A DNA stretch of 64,000 bases from contig JAJDCA010000026.1 in NCBI GenBank assembly GCA_029261055.1, positions 5,747 through 69,746 on the forward strand, read 5' to 3'. Position numbers and translations under genes: made by a program. Shown here piece after piece: positions 19,665 through 30,231 of this stretch (positions within the stretch are counted from its first letter, which is position 1; each line of letters begins with the position of its first letter). This DNA is from Candidatus Omnitrophota bacterium. GTDB lineage: Bacteria; Omnitrophota; Gorgyraeia; Zapsychrales; Zapsychraceae. The notes under the pieces were generated by a model. The model was not told the origin of the DNA. It worked only from the letters and a program-made list of their open reading frames with translations, and did no database searches.

Positions 19665-19742
19665 ACCGTACAGGAAAGTATAAAACTTTCCTGTCGGCAC
19701 CAAAAATACGCCGTCAGGTTGTTGCCAAAGACGATTTTCTTG
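19665..19742 (+). repeat. ~78-bp structured element in the bamA leader (second copy at ~61603-61680)
   Basis: ACCGTACAGGAAAGTATAAAACTTTCCTGTCGGCACCAAAAATACGCCGTCAGGTTGTTGCCAAAGACGATTTTCTTG; colinear with the 61603 copy. Confidence 0.8.
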
Positions 19743-19749
19743 GAGAAAA

Positions 19750-22080
19750 ATGAAGAAAAAATTTTACATCTTAATACTTCTTGCTTTATCCATTTCCTTT
19801 TTTCCTGCCAAAGTATTTGCTCAGTCGATAGAAGAGCCTTCTTCTTTTGGGAACGAATCAATCGTTGTTAAAGCGATTGAAGTTGAAGGCAATAAAACTA
19901 TTAGTCTCGCAACAATTTTATCAAGAATCAAAACCCGTGTGGGGCAAAACTATATACAATCTGTCATCAGCGATGATTTGAAACGGTTATACAATACGGG
20001 GTATTTTTCTAATGTGCGTGTGGACCGGCAGGAGCATGAGGGTGGGTTCAAAGTGATTATTTATTTAGAAGAAAAGGCCATTGTTGAAGAGGTTACTTTT
20101 TCTAAAACGCGTGCACTAAACCAAAGAGCTTTTTCCAGAAAATTAAAAACGCAGGCAGGTAAATTTTTAGATAAAAAAGCTTTGCAAGATGATATAAAAA
20201 CAATTAAAGAACTTTATGCAAAAAAAGGTTTAACTCAGGCAGAAGTTGATGTGGAAACATTTGTTGATGAGGTGACAAATAAAGCAAGTTTACATTTTGT
20301 TATAAGAGAAGGGCATCGCGTTAGAATTAGGCGAATTCATATTACAGGAAATGATAGTTTTAAAGATAAAAAGATTCTACGGGTTATTAAGACACGACGG
20401 AAACTTTTTTATAGATCTGGACATCTTAAAGACGAAGTGTTGGATGAAGATATGGAACGAATTTCTTCTTTTTATGAGCAGCGAGGATTTATTGATGCGC
20501 GAGCTGAACATTCTTTAGAATATTTATATAAAGGTTACGTTGATGTTAATATTCAGATTCATGAAGGAAGTCGGTATTTTGTAGGCAGCATTGTTATTGC
20601 CGGCAATAATATTATTTCCAATCGTGAAGTTTTAAGGGTTATGGAAGAAATTGAAGAAGGTAATGTGTTTAGTCGTGAAAAGTTATCTCTTGATCTAGCG
20701 CATATTCGTACATTATATTTTGATAGAGGGTATATATTTGCCGACGTTAATGAGTCTACCGCTTTAAATCCATCTACTGGTAAAGTGGCTATAAAAATAG
20801 ATATTACGGAAGGTGGGTTAGCTTTTATCGATAAGGTTAAAATTCAGGGGAATACGCGAACAAGGGATATTGTTATCCGTCGGGAATTAAAAATGTATCC
20901 TGGGGATCGTTTTGATGGTGCAAAACTTCGACGGAGCAAAGAAAAATTGAATAATTTAGGGTATTTTGAAGATGTGAGTTTTGATCTCGAAGATGCAAGT
21001 GCGTTTGACAGGAAAGATCTTGTTGTCCAAGTGAAAGAAGCGAAGACAGGAAGTTTTAGCTTTGGTGGTGGGTTCAGTACGGTTGATCGCGTGGTAGGTT
21101 TTGTTGAGGTAGAACAAAGAAATTTTGATATTACAAATTGGCCTACATTTACAGGTGGTGGGCAGAGGCTCCAATTGCGAGCAGAAACGGGATCCACAAA
21201 AAATAATCTTTTGTTAAGTTTTACTGAACCATGGATAATGGATTATCCGATATCGGGAGGTTTTGATCTTTATCGAAGCGAAAGAGATCGAGAAAGAGAT
21301 GTTGGGTTTTCTTATGATGAAGAGAAAGCAGGGGGAGATATTCGGCTTGGAAAACGATTCACAGACTATGTTTCCGGCACGGTTTCTTATAAATTTGAAG
21401 AGGTAACCATTGAAAACTTTGAGGATAACGTAACCGCTGATTTGCTTGCTGAGGAAGGGACGAATACTGTGAGTGTTCTAGGATTTAATCTCAAAAGAGA
21501 CTCCCGGGATAGTGTGTTTAGTCCAAGAAAAGGTTTTACGGTTAATGGTGGCTTTGATATTGCTGGTGGACTTTTAGGAGGCGACAAAGATTTCTTTAGG
21601 TTGCAGGGTGGTGGGAATTATTATATGCCTTTGAAATTTAAATCAGTTTTGGAATTTCGAGCTAGAGCGGGGATTGTGGATGGTTATGGAGATGGGGAAG
21701 ATTCAAAGGTGCCTATTTTTGAAAGGTTTTTTGCTGGAGGAGCCAGAACAATTCGAGGTTTTGATGAACGGCAGGTTGGCCCATTAGATCCAAGTAATAA
21801 CGATCCTATCGGTGGTGAGGCGCTTTTGGTTGCGAATATTGAGTATACGATTCCTGTTATAGAGTTTTTGAAATTAGCTGCATTTTTTGATACGGGTAAT
21901 GTTTGGGCTGATGCTAAAGATTTTGGTTCTGGAGGTTTAAAATCTGGTGTAGGATTTGGCGCTCGTGTTAAAACGCCTATTGGACCTGTTAATTTAGATT
22001 ACGGATATCCGTTAAGTGACGAACCTGGTGAAGAAGGTAAGTCAGGAAAATTTTATTTTAGTGTAAGTCGAGGGTTTTAA
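19750..22080 (+). CDS. bamA: Outer membrane protein assembly factor BamA
   Basis: POTRA repeats, IRGF lid motif, TPIGP..LDYG and a C-terminal F. Confidence 0.96.
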   Translation: MKKKFYILILLALSISFFPAKVFAQSIEEPSSFGNESIVVKAIEVEGNKTISLATILSRIKTRVGQNYIQSVISDDLKRLYNTGYFSNVRVDRQEHEGGFKVIIYLEEKAIVEEVTFSKTRALNQRAFSRKLKTQAGKFLDKKALQDDIKTIKELYAKKGLTQAEVDVETFVDEVTNKASLHFVIREGHRVRIRRIHITGNDSFKDKKILRVIKTRRKLFYRSGHLKDEVLDEDMERISSFYEQRGFIDARAEHSLEYLYKGYVDVNIQIHEGSRYFVGSIVIAGNNIISNREVLRVMEEIEEGNVFSREKLSLDLAHIRTLYFDRGYIFADVNESTALNPSTGKVAIKIDITEGGLAFIDKVKIQGNTRTRDIVIRRELKMYPGDRFDGAKLRRSKEKLNNLGYFEDVSFDLEDASAFDRKDLVVQVKEAKTGSFSFGGGFSTVDRVVGFVEVEQRNFDITNWPTFTGGGQRLQLRAETGSTKNNLLLSFTEPWIMDYPISGGFDLYRSERDRERDVGFSYDEEKAGGDIRLGKRFTDYVSGTVSYKFEEVTIENFEDNVTADLLAEEGTNTVSVLGFNLKRDSRDSVFSPRKGFTVNGGFDIAGGLLGGDKDFFRLQGGGNYYMPLKFKSVLEFRARAGIVDGYGDGEDSKVPIFERFFAGGARTIRGFDERQVGPLDPSNNDPIGGEALLVANIEYTIPVIEFLKLAAFFDTGNVWADAKDFGSGGLKSGVGFGARVKTPIGPVNLDYGYPLSDEPGEEGKSGKFYFSVSRGF

Positions 22081-22081
22081 T

Positions 22082-22157
22082 GTTAGTCATCAGACGTCAG
22101 TGATTTACTGATGGCTGACGACTGATGTCTGAAAGCCAAAAGTTCCGTCGAAGGCGG
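22082..22157. repeat. Heptamer-built hairpin plus CCGTCGAAGGCGG hairpin
   Basis: 20-bp imperfect stem 22082-22101/22107-22126; small GC hairpin at 22145-22157. Confidence 0.6.
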
Positions 22158-22175
22158 CCTAATTTAAGGAGATTT

Positions 22176-22682
22176 ATGATGAAGAAATATAAAATTATTT
22201 TTGCAATGTTTTTAGTTTTGAGTTTTATTGCTACAGGCGCGTATGCGGCTAAAAAAGATACAAAGATCGGATTTGTTGATTTGAGCCGTTTGTTTGATGA
22301 ATATCATCGCACCAAAGATTATGACAAGATTTTAGAGGCTGAACATAAAGGATTTGAAAAAGAGCGTAATGCAAAGATTGAAAAAATACGTGAATCGAAC
22401 GGGAAATTAAGTTTATTGACTGATGATAAAAAGGGAGCTCTTGAGGAAGAAATTGAGCAGTTGAAGGCTGAATTGTTAGAATATGATCGTCAGAAAAAAG
22501 AAGATATGACGAAAAAAAGAAATGAAAAGATTCGAGAATTATTGTTAGAAATTGAGAAGGTTGTTAGTGATTATGCTGAAGCGGAAAAATATACGATTAT
22601 GTTAAATGATCGGGTACTTATTTATGGCAATCAAGAGTTTAACGAAACAGAAAATATTTTAAAAATTCTGAATAAGAATTAA
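22176..22682 (+). CDS. skp: OmpH/Skp periplasmic chaperone
   Basis: Signal peptide, KIGFVDL and a coiled coil. Lies between bamA and lpxD; AAGGAG RBS before ATG 22176. Confidence 0.9.
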   Translation: MMKKYKIIFAMFLVLSFIATGAYAAKKDTKIGFVDLSRLFDEYHRTKDYDKILEAEHKGFEKERNAKIEKIRESNGKLSLLTDDKKGALEEEIEQLKAELLEYDRQKKEDMTKKRNEKIRELLLEIEKVVSDYAEAEKYTIMLNDRVLIYGNQEFNETENILKILNKN

Positions 22683-22690
22683 TCATTCAC

Positions 22691-23731
22691 ATGGATAAAA
22701 CCTTAGCCGAAATAGCCAAGATTGTGGGAGGCGAGGTTGTCGGTGATGAAAATATAATCATAACAGGAATCAATGGTCTTCAAGAAGCAAAAAAAGGTGA
22801 CTTGACTTTTGTTGCTGATTCTAAATTTATTTCACTTGCAAAAACGACAGAAGCCACAGCCCTTATAGTTTCTCGAGATGTTCAAATCCCGGGAAAGGCT
22901 TGTATCCTTACGGATAATCCTTCCTTTTCTTTTTCCAAAATTATTTCATTTATTTATGAACAAGACCAATGTCGTATTGGGGGAATACACCCATCTGCGG
23001 TAATTGATAAAGAGGCTGTAATTGGTAAAAATGTGGCTATAGGGCCTTGTGTTGTGGTTGAAGGCCAGGTTATATTAGGAGACAATACGGTTATTCATAG
23101 TGGATGCCATATTGGGTATAAGACCAAGATTGGGCAGAATTGTCAGATTTATCCTAATGTGACGATTCGCGAGAAAGTTGAAATAGGTCAGAAAGTCATT
23201 ATTCATAGTGGAGCTGTTGTGGGTGCGGATGGTTTTGGATTTACAGAAGTAGATGGTGTTCACGAAAAAATTCCTCAAATTGGGACCGTTTGTATTGAAG
23301 ATGATGTAGAAATTGGAGCCAATGTTACGATTGATCGCGCACGATTTGATAAAACGATTATCGGACGAGGGACAAAGATTGATAATTTAGTACAGATTGC
23401 GCATAATGTTGTCATCGGAGAAAATTGTATTGTTGTTTCTCAGACTGGGATTTCTGGTAGCGTGCATATTGGCAATCGAGCTATTTTAGCCGGACAAGTA
23501 GGAGTTGTTGGGCATCTCACTATAGGCGAGGGTGCCGTTGTTACAGGACGAGCCGTTGTCAGGAAATCTATTCCTTCGTTTACAAAGGTTTCCGGCGACC
23601 CTGCTAGGCCTCATATTGAAGAGCTGAGAGGGCAAATCCATATTAAAAAATTACCGGAATATATAAAAAAAATTGATGATTTGGAAAAGAAAATTAAAAT
23701 ATTGGAAAAAAGGATAGAGGGTAAAGGGTAA
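22691..23731 (+). CDS. lpxD: UDP-3-O-acylglucosamine N-acyltransferase
   Basis: GADGFGF, KIPQIG, IDRA and [12 protein letters not shown] motifs. Confidence 0.96.
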   Translation: MDKTLAEIAKIVGGEVVGDENIIITGINGLQEAKKGDLTFVADSKFISLAKTTEATALIVSRDVQIPGKACILTDNPSFSFSKIISFIYEQDQCRIGGIHPSAVIDKEAVIGKNVAIGPCVVVEGQVILGDNTVIHSGCHIGYKTKIGQNCQIYPNVTIREKVEIGQKVIIHSGAVVGADGFGFTEVDGVHEKIPQIGTVCIEDDVEIGANVTIDRARFDKTIIGRGTKIDNLVQIAHNVVIGENCIVVSQTGISGSVHIGNRAILAGQVGVVGHLTIGEGAVVTGRAVVRKSIPSFTKVSGDPARPHIEELRGQIHIKKLPEYIKKIDDLEKKIKILEKRIEGKG

Positions 23732-23740
23732 AAGAAAAAA

Positions 23741-25069
23741 ATGACTCGAAAACAGCAGACAATTAAAGAAGAATTTTCCCTTTCAGGGGTCGGTGTGCAT
23801 ACAGGATGTCAGGTACACTTGACGTGTCAGCCTGCAGGAGAAAATGAAGGGATTAACTTTATCCGCATAGATTTACCCAATAAGCCCGTTATTAAGGCTA
23901 ATTTGTCAAATGTATGTATAGATTCAAAAATTACACGATGCACATCGCTTAGATCAGGTGATGCAATCGTTCACACGGTTGAGCATATCATGAGTGTTTT
24001 ATGTGGCCTTGGCATTGATAATTTAAATATTTTGCTTGATGCCGAAGAGGTTCCTGTTTTAGATGGAAGTGGGATTGATTTTTTTAAAGCCTTTCAAAAT
24101 GTGGGCATTATTGAACAAAATGTAGAATTTCAATTTTATAAAATTATGGAACCCATTGGAGTAGAGCATAATGGATGTGCTATTTATGTTTTTCCAAGTG
24201 ATCAACTTAAAGTTTCGTATTCTCTCGACTACAAACATCCTTTTTTAGGGTCGCAGTTTTTTAATTCTATTGTTGATGAAACCGTGTATGAAAAAGAAAT
24301 TGTTTCTTGTCGGACATTTTGTTTGGAAGAGGAAGCTGATGAGTTGCGGAAGCATGGGTTAGGCAAAGGGGCTAATTATAAAAATACTTTAGTCGTTGGG
24401 GAAAAGGGGGTCAAAGAAAATCAAGTGCGTTTTCCTGATGAATTTGCCCGGCATAAAGTTCTTGATTTGATTGGAGATTTGTATTTATTAGGCATGCCTA
24501 TTCGTGGGCATATTTTTGCGACAAAAAGTGGACATGATTTAAATAGACGATTATTAAAGAAAATTTATCAGCAGAAAAAGAAATATGATAAGCGAGAAGA
24601 AAGAAGTAATTATGATTTTAACGGGAAAGAAATGGATATTCAGGGTATTATGAAGGTTTTGCCGCATCGATATCCATTTTTACTGGTTGATCGTGTCATA
24701 GAAATTGAAAAGGGGAAAAAAGCTATAGGAATTAAGAATGTTACCATGAATGATGACTTTTTTCGGGGGCATTTTCCAACACGACCTGTTATGCCGGGGG
24801 TGTTAATGGTGGAGGCTATGGCGCAGACGGCAGGGGTTATCATATTGACTAATGAGAAACATCGTGGTAAAGTATCTTTTTTTATGGCCGTGAATAATGT
24901 TAAATTTAGAAAGGTTGTTTCGCCAGGCGATCAATTGATTATGGAAGTGGAAATTGTAAAAGATAAGTCAAGAGTATCCCAAGCGAAGGCAAAGGCTAAA
25001 GTAGGTCAGGATGTCGTTGCTGAAGCTGATATGACATTTTCATTTACAGATGCTTCTTATTTAGATTAA
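23741..25069 (+). CDS. lpxC-fabZ: Fused LpxC deacetylase / FabZ dehydratase
   Basis: TVEH and RHKVLDLIGDL (LpxC), followed by LPHRYPFLLVD and GHFP..PVMPGVL..EAMAQ (FabZ). Confidence 0.95.
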   Translation: MTRKQQTIKEEFSLSGVGVHTGCQVHLTCQPAGENEGINFIRIDLPNKPVIKANLSNVCIDSKITRCTSLRSGDAIVHTVEHIMSVLCGLGIDNLNILLDAEEVPVLDGSGIDFFKAFQNVGIIEQNVEFQFYKIMEPIGVEHNGCAIYVFPSDQLKVSYSLDYKHPFLGSQFFNSIVDETVYEKEIVSCRTFCLEEEADELRKHGLGKGANYKNTLVVGEKGVKENQVRFPDEFARHKVLDLIGDLYLLGMPIRGHIFATKSGHDLNRRLLKKIYQQKKKYDKREERSNYDFNGKEMDIQGIMKVLPHRYPFLLVDRVIEIEKGKKAIGIKNVTMNDDFFRGHFPTRPVMPGVLMVEAMAQTAGVIILTNEKHRGKVSFFMAVNNVKFRKVVSPGDQLIMEVEIVKDKSRVSQAKAKAKVGQDVVAEADMTFSFTDASYLD

Positions 25070-25135
25070 TTAGGAATTTCTAGCTTTAAAGAAATTCCAA
25101 AAGGGTCTAATTCCCCGAGGCTTGCCCCGAGGAGT
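25066..25135. repeat. 70-bp dispersed repeat (MITE/REP-like); identical copy at 58752-58821, diverged copy at ~36398-36494
   Basis: TTAATTAGGAATTTCTAGCTTTAAAGAAATTCCAAAAGGGTCTAATTCCCCGAGGCTTGCCCCGAGGAGT. Confidence 0.9.
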
Positions 25136-25148
25136 TTCACTGTATTCT

Positions 25149-25934
25149 ATGGAAAATGTAAATATTCATAAAACAGCCATTATTCAAGCTGGAGCAAAGC
25201 TGTCTCCTGGAGTTAGCGTTGGGCCATATTCTATTATTGAAGGTAATGTAACGCTTGGCGATAATGTTCGTGTGGGTAGCCATTGCATGATTACGGGCCA
25301 GACGACGATAGGAAAAAATTGCAAAATTTATACAGGAGCAGTGGTAGGAAGCGCGCCGCAAGATATTAAATATTCTGCCGATGATAATGTTTTTCTTAAT
25401 ATTGGTGAAAATAATATTATTCGTGAATATGTGACTATCAATCCGGGTACAGCTGAAGGTGGTGGTAAAACTACCATCGGGGATAATAATTTATTTATGG
25501 CCTATTGTCATATTGCACATGATTGTATTATTGGGAATAATTGTGTGATGGCTAATGCTGCTACTTTAGGGGGGCATGTTACGTTGGAGGATAATGCGGT
25601 TGTGGGTGGGCTTAGTGCTGTGCATCAATTTACCCGGTTAGGACGTCTTTCGATTGTGGGAGGGTGTTCTAAAGTTGTCCAAGATGTACCTCCATTTTCT
25701 ATGTGTGACGGGCATCCGGCACAAGTGGTGCAAATTAATTCTATTGGTTTAAAACGTGCACAACTTTCTTCTAAGGCTATTCGTACGCTTAAACAGGCCA
25801 TGAAAATTTTATTTAAAGAAGGTCTTTCTAAAAAAAGTGCTTTAGAAAAGATTTCTAGTAAACTCGATTTTTCCGAAGAATTAGAACATTTCATATTTTT
25901 TTGTAAAACTTCCCAAAGAGGTTTGTGTAGTTAG
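25149..25934 (+). CDS. lpxA: Acyl-ACP--UDP-GlcNAc O-acyltransferase
   Basis: PQDIKY, IREYVTINPGT, HIAHDC, LGGHV and VHQF motifs. Start taken at ATG 25149. Confidence 0.96.
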   Translation: MENVNIHKTAIIQAGAKLSPGVSVGPYSIIEGNVTLGDNVRVGSHCMITGQTTIGKNCKIYTGAVVGSAPQDIKYSADDNVFLNIGENNIIREYVTINPGTAEGGGKTTIGDNNLFMAYCHIAHDCIIGNNCVMANAATLGGHVTLEDNAVVGGLSAVHQFTRLGRLSIVGGCSKVVQDVPPFSMCDGHPAQVVQINSIGLKRAQLSSKAIRTLKQAMKILFKEGLSKKSALEKISSKLDFSEELEHFIFFCKTSQRGLCS

Positions 25935-26744
25935 ATGGGGTCCAAACGCCTCGGCCTCATTGCCGGAAACGGTAAATTTCCCATCCTGTTCGCACAAAGA
26001 GCCAAGTCTCAAGGCTTTCAAGTCATTGCTGCTGCTATCCGTGGAGACACTTCTCTTTTTTTAAAACCATTTGTCGATAAATTAGCCTGGTTTAAAGCTG
26101 GGGAGCTACAAAAGCTTTTTTCATTTTTTAAGGATCAAGATGTTCAGCAAGTGATTATGGCAGGGCAGGTGAATCAAAATAATCTTTTTGATCCTAATGT
26201 TACATTTGATGATGAGCTACAGTCTTTGTTTCAAGCGTTGAAAGATCGTAAAGCCGATACAATATTTACAGCGGTAGCGGATAAATTAAAGGAACAGGGG
26301 CTTGAATTGGTGGATTCTACTTTTTTAATTAAAGAATATTTAGCCCCTAAGGGTATTTTAACTCAGCGAAAACCAACAGAGGCGGAACAATCAGATATTG
26401 AATTTGGTCGTACCATTGCGAAAGCCATGGGGGGGCTTGACGTCGGTCAGACGGTGGTCATCAAAGACAAAGCCATTGTAGCTATTGAGGCTATGGAGGG
26501 CACGGACCAAACAATTTTACGCGGTGGAAAAATTGCTAGAACAGGTTCTGTTGTTGTTAAAACAAGCAAACCTAACCAAGATATGCGTTTTGACGTCCCT
26601 GTCATAGGCCCACGCACCCTACGAAATATGATTAAGTCCAAGGCAAATTGTTTAGCTATTGAAGCGGAAAAAACGATTGTTATTGACTTGGAAATTTGCT
26701 TAAAATTAGCCAATAAAAATCAAATCAGTATTATTTCTACTTAA
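25935..26744 (+). CDS. lpxI: UDP-2,3-diacylglucosamine diphosphatase LpxI
   Basis: GLIAGNGKFP, DVGQTVV, AIEAMEGTD and QDMRFDVPVIG motifs. Confidence 0.93.
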   Translation: MGSKRLGLIAGNGKFPILFAQRAKSQGFQVIAAAIRGDTSLFLKPFVDKLAWFKAGELQKLFSFFKDQDVQQVIMAGQVNQNNLFDPNVTFDDELQSLFQALKDRKADTIFTAVADKLKEQGLELVDSTFLIKEYLAPKGILTQRKPTEAEQSDIEFGRTIAKAMGGLDVGQTVVIKDKAIVAIEAMEGTDQTILRGGKIARTGSVVVKTSKPNQDMRFDVPVIGPRTLRNMIKSKANCLAIEAEKTIVIDLEICLKLANKNQISIIST

Positions 26745-26786
26745 TTTTAGAGACGAGATAATGCTTTGGTTCTAGCTCTCTTTTCA

Positions 26787-26815
26787 TTGACACCCCGTCG
26801 TATTTTTAATATAAT
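26787..26815 (+). promoter_or_regulatory. Consensus sigma70 promoter for lysS
   Basis: TTGACA-17 nt-TATAAT. Confidence 0.75.
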
Positions 26816-26899
26816 TCTTTTTCAAAATCTAATCATGTCAATAAACATTCAGGTGTAATTGTATTTGAATTGTTACGGCTTTTAACATATGGAGAACTT

Positions 26900-28360
26900 A
26901 TGGAAGTTGATGAAATAAAGCAGGCTAGGTTAAATAAACTCAATGCGTTGAAGGATAAAGGGGTTGAGCCTTATGGACATCGTTTTGAGCGGACAGAGTG
27001 TATTGCAGCCACATTGGCTGATTTTTCTGAAGAAAAAGAGGTTGTGCTTGCCGGGCGTGTTATGGCGAGTCGTAAGCATGGTAAGGTTATATTTATGGAT
27101 TTGGAAGACCAGTCTGGTCGTATACAACTTTTTGTTAAGGAAAGTGTGATCACTCCGGAACAATTTGAACTTATTCAAAATTTAGATATTGGGGATATTA
27201 TTGGTGCTAGCGGCATTCTTTTTGTTACGAAAACAGGGCAGCAAAGTGTGCGTGTTAAAGGCTTTGAAGTGCTTTCTAAGTCTTTGATGACTTTGCCGGA
27301 AAAATGGCATGGATTAAAAGATGTTGAAGTTCGTTACCGGCAACGTTATGTGGATTTGATTGCGAATAAAGATGTTCGTGAGGTCTTTGTTAAACGAAGT
27401 AAAATTATTTCATTAATACGAACATTTTTAGATAAGCAAAACTTCTTAGAAGTCGAAACGCCCATGCTTCAACCGATGGCTGGTGGGGCACGTGGCCGGC
27501 CGTTTGCGAGTAAGCACAATGCCTATGATATGGATGTGTTTTTAAGGATTGCGCCCGAATTATATTTAAAACGACTTCTCGTCGGTGGCCTGGAACGGGT
27601 TTATGAGATTAACCGTAATTTTCGTAATGAAGGCGTCTCCACACGGCATAATCCAGAATTTACCATGCTTGAGGTGTATCAATCGTATGGTGATTACAGC
27701 GATATGATGAAGCTGACGGAGGATTTAGTAAGTTTATTAGCCAAAGAAATTACAGGCTCATGCAAGGTGATGTATCAAGGGAAAGAAATTGATTTTAGCG
27801 CTCCATGGGAGCGTCGGTCATTTGCAGGGGTTGTTAAGGAAAAATTTGATATTAATCCTGAAGATAATGCCGAAGTGATGTTGGAAAAAGTAAAAAAAAT
27901 AAAAGGGAATAAAATAAAGATTGATAAATTGACGCGGTCAGCGGTTATGACGATTGTGGAAGATGTGCTTGAAGAAGATGAAATTATTAACCCGATTTTT
28001 TTCACAGATTATTTTACTTTTCTTTGTCCTTTAGCTAAAACTAAAAAAGATAACCCTGCCATTTCTGAAAGGTTTGAATGTTTCGTCGCGGGGATGGAAA
28101 TAGGCAATGCTTATTCTGAACTTAATGATCCTCAGGAACAGCGTAGGCGTCTGACCGAAGATTTAGAAGATGATGTCGAAACAGGCAATAGGACTATTGA
28201 TGAAGATTTTCTTAATGCTCTTGAATATGGCATGCCGCCAGCGGGTGGTCTTGGTATCGGTATTGATCGTCTTGTGATGCTTTTAACGGATGCCCCTTCA
28301 ATTCGAGATGTCATTTTGTTTCCCCTTATGAAACCACAGAACTCAGAAGAAGGAAAATAG
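26900..28360 (+). CDS. lysS: Lysine--tRNA ligase (class II)
   Basis: YRQRYVDL, LRIAPELYLKRL, FRNEG...HNPEFTMLE and GIGIDRL motifs. GGAG before ATG 26900. Confidence 0.97.
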   Translation: MEVDEIKQARLNKLNALKDKGVEPYGHRFERTECIAATLADFSEEKEVVLAGRVMASRKHGKVIFMDLEDQSGRIQLFVKESVITPEQFELIQNLDIGDIIGASGILFVTKTGQQSVRVKGFEVLSKSLMTLPEKWHGLKDVEVRYRQRYVDLIANKDVREVFVKRSKIISLIRTFLDKQNFLEVETPMLQPMAGGARGRPFASKHNAYDMDVFLRIAPELYLKRLLVGGLERVYEINRNFRNEGVSTRHNPEFTMLEVYQSYGDYSDMMKLTEDLVSLLAKEITGSCKVMYQGKEIDFSAPWERRSFAGVVKEKFDINPEDNAEVMLEKVKKIKGNKIKIDKLTRSAVMTIVEDVLEEDEIINPIFFTDYFTFLCPLAKTKKDNPAISERFECFVAGMEIGNAYSELNDPQEQRRRLTEDLEDDVETGNRTIDEDFLNALEYGMPPAGGLGIGIDRLVMLLTDAPSIRDVILFPLMKPQNSEEGK

Positions 28361-29553
28361 TGAAATACGAAAATTGGATTAGCTATCGATATTTGACGGA
28401 GAAGAAAGGCCGGTTTTTAAGTTTTCTCAATTTTATATCTATTGCGGGTGTGGCTATCGGCGTGATGGCTCTGATTGTTGTTACGGCTGTTATGACGGGT
28501 TTTGGGAATAATCTACGTGAGAAAATTATTGGCACCACGCCGCATATTATGATTGAAAAAGAGACTGGTGTGCAGGATTACACTCAAGTGCAGGAAAAAA
28601 TTAATGCCATTGAAGGCGTCGTGGCATCTGCAGCGTATATTCAGGGGAATATTTTTCTTGAGAATACTGGTCAGGCTATGGGAGTTGCCATTAGAGGTAT
28701 TATTCCCGCAGAAGAAAAACATATTACCAAGGTTGATCAGTATTTAGTTAAAGGTGGTATGGAAGATTTAAAAGGCGATGGGGTTATTGTCGGCAAAGAG
28801 CTTGCCAGATATTTTGGGTACACTTTAGGCGACACGATTACGTTAATTTCTCCAGGCTCAGGGATAGCTGGACAAGGATGGCGTTATTCGCTAACAATTG
28901 TAGGTATTTTTAGCACGGGTATGGTGGATTATGATATGAATCTTGTTTTGGTGTCTTTGCCAAAGGCGCAAGAAATTTTTAATATGTCTGAAGATACGTC
29001 AACAGGTATTGGGGTTAAGGTGGTTAATCCTGATCAAGTGAAAGAGGTGAAAAAACAATTGTATGCTGTTTTAGGGTATGGATTTTTAATTCGTTCGTGG
29101 ATTGATATGAACCGTAATCTTTTTGAAGCTTTATTTCTTGAAAAATGGGGGCTATTTCTTATTTTAACACTCATGATTCTGGTAGCTTCATTTAATATTA
29201 TCAGTACCCTTATTGTTACTGTGACGAGTAAAATTCATGATATTGGAATTTTGCAGTCGATAGGTGTGTCCAAAAAATCTATTCGAAAGATTTTTACGAA
29301 TCAGGGGGTTTTTATCGGGTTTATGGGAATTGCGTTGGGGGTGGTGAGTGGCGTTGGTATATGTTATGTTTTGGGAAATTATATTCAGGTTCCGAAAGAA
29401 ATTTATTCTATTGATCATGTTCCTGTGGACCTGCAAATGTTTGATATGTGTATGATCGTGGGTGCTGCTATGATTATCAGTTATTTGGCGACGATCTATC
29501 CAGCTGCTAAGGCAGCGAACCTTCAGCCGGTTGAGGCGTTGAGGTATGAGTAA
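28360..29553 (+). CDS. lolE: Lipoprotein-releasing ABC transporter permease LolC/E
   Basis: GVAIGVMALIVV.AVMTGF, VASFNIISTL and YPA.KAA.L.PVEALRYE motifs. Confidence 0.88.
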   Translation: MKYENWISYRYLTEKKGRFLSFLNFISIAGVAIGVMALIVVTAVMTGFGNNLREKIIGTTPHIMIEKETGVQDYTQVQEKINAIEGVVASAAYIQGNIFLENTGQAMGVAIRGIIPAEEKHITKVDQYLVKGGMEDLKGDGVIVGKELARYFGYTLGDTITLISPGSGIAGQGWRYSLTIVGIFSTGMVDYDMNLVLVSLPKAQEIFNMSEDTSTGIGVKVVNPDQVKEVKKQLYAVLGYGFLIRSWIDMNRNLFEALFLEKWGLFLILTLMILVASFNIISTLIVTVTSKIHDIGILQSIGVSKKSIRKIFTNQGVFIGFMGIALGVVSGVGICYVLGNYIQVPKEIYSIDHVPVDLQMFDMCMIVGAAMIISYLATIYPAAKAANLQPVEALRYE

Positions 29554-29558
29554 TTGTA

Positions 29559-30230
29559 ATGATTCTTGAGGCCAAAAATGTCCATAAGTGGTATAATCAC
29601 TCCGGCAGTAAACTGCATGTTTTGAATGGTATTGATCTTGCGATTAAGGAAAAAGAAGTTTTATGTATTGTTGGGCCTTCAGGAGCAGGAAAGTCTACGC
29701 TGTTACACATTCTCGGTGGATTGGATTATCCAAATGAGGGGTCAGTTGAATTAGATAATCAAGATTTTTACGGGCTTAAAGATAATGCTCGAGCAGATAT
29801 TCGCAATCAAAAAATAGGATTTGTATTTCAATTTTATCATCTATTGTCTGAATTTACAGCTTTAGAAAATGTTCTTCTGCCGGCATTTATACGAGAAAAA
29901 AAGAAGAAGGGGAAACATTTAGAAAAGAAAGCGTTGGCCCTTCTTGAGCGTGTCGGTTTGGAGGCACGAAGTCAGCATAAGCCGTATCAATTGTCCGGTG
30001 GAGAGCAACAACGTGTTGCGATTGCCCGGGCATTGATCAATGATCCAGAAATTATTTTTTGCGATGAACCGACAGGTAATTTGGATTCACAGTTAGGGAA
30101 TGAAATTATTGATTTATTAATGGAATTAAATAAAGAAAATAATCAGACGCTGGTCATTGTTACACATGCAGAAGAAATTGCACGGCGCAGTCATCGGGTT
30201 GTGCATATTAGAGATGGGAAGTTAACTTAA
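29559..30230 (+). CDS. lolD: Lipoprotein-releasing ABC transporter ATPase
   Basis: [33 protein letters not shown] and DEPTGNLD motifs. Confidence 0.9.
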   Translation: MILEAKNVHKWYNHSGSKLHVLNGIDLAIKEKEVLCIVGPSGAGKSTLLHILGGLDYPNEGSVELDNQDFYGLKDNARADIRNQKIGFVFQFYHLLSEFTALENVLLPAFIREKKKKGKHLEKKALALLERVGLEARSQHKPYQLSGGEQQRVAIARALINDPEIIFCDEPTGNLDSQLGNEIIDLLMELNKENNQTLVIVTHAEEIARRSHRVVHIRDGKLT

Positions 30231-30231
30231 A

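Noticed and set aside
19665-19742. c-di-GMP-I (GEMM) or another known riboswitch
   Set aside because: The GGCAAA / GNRA tetraloop / GCAAA arrangement is not present; kept as an unclassified element.
22125-22175. Upstream ORF-track starts for skp (also glmU 13138, lpxA 25122, mcsA 31284, 60154)
   Set aside because: These extensions run through intergenic or repeat DNA; downstream starts fit RBS position or family length better.
23741-25069. LpxC-FabZ fusion as a novelty
   Set aside because: The fusion is already known from several phyla such as Bacteroidota.
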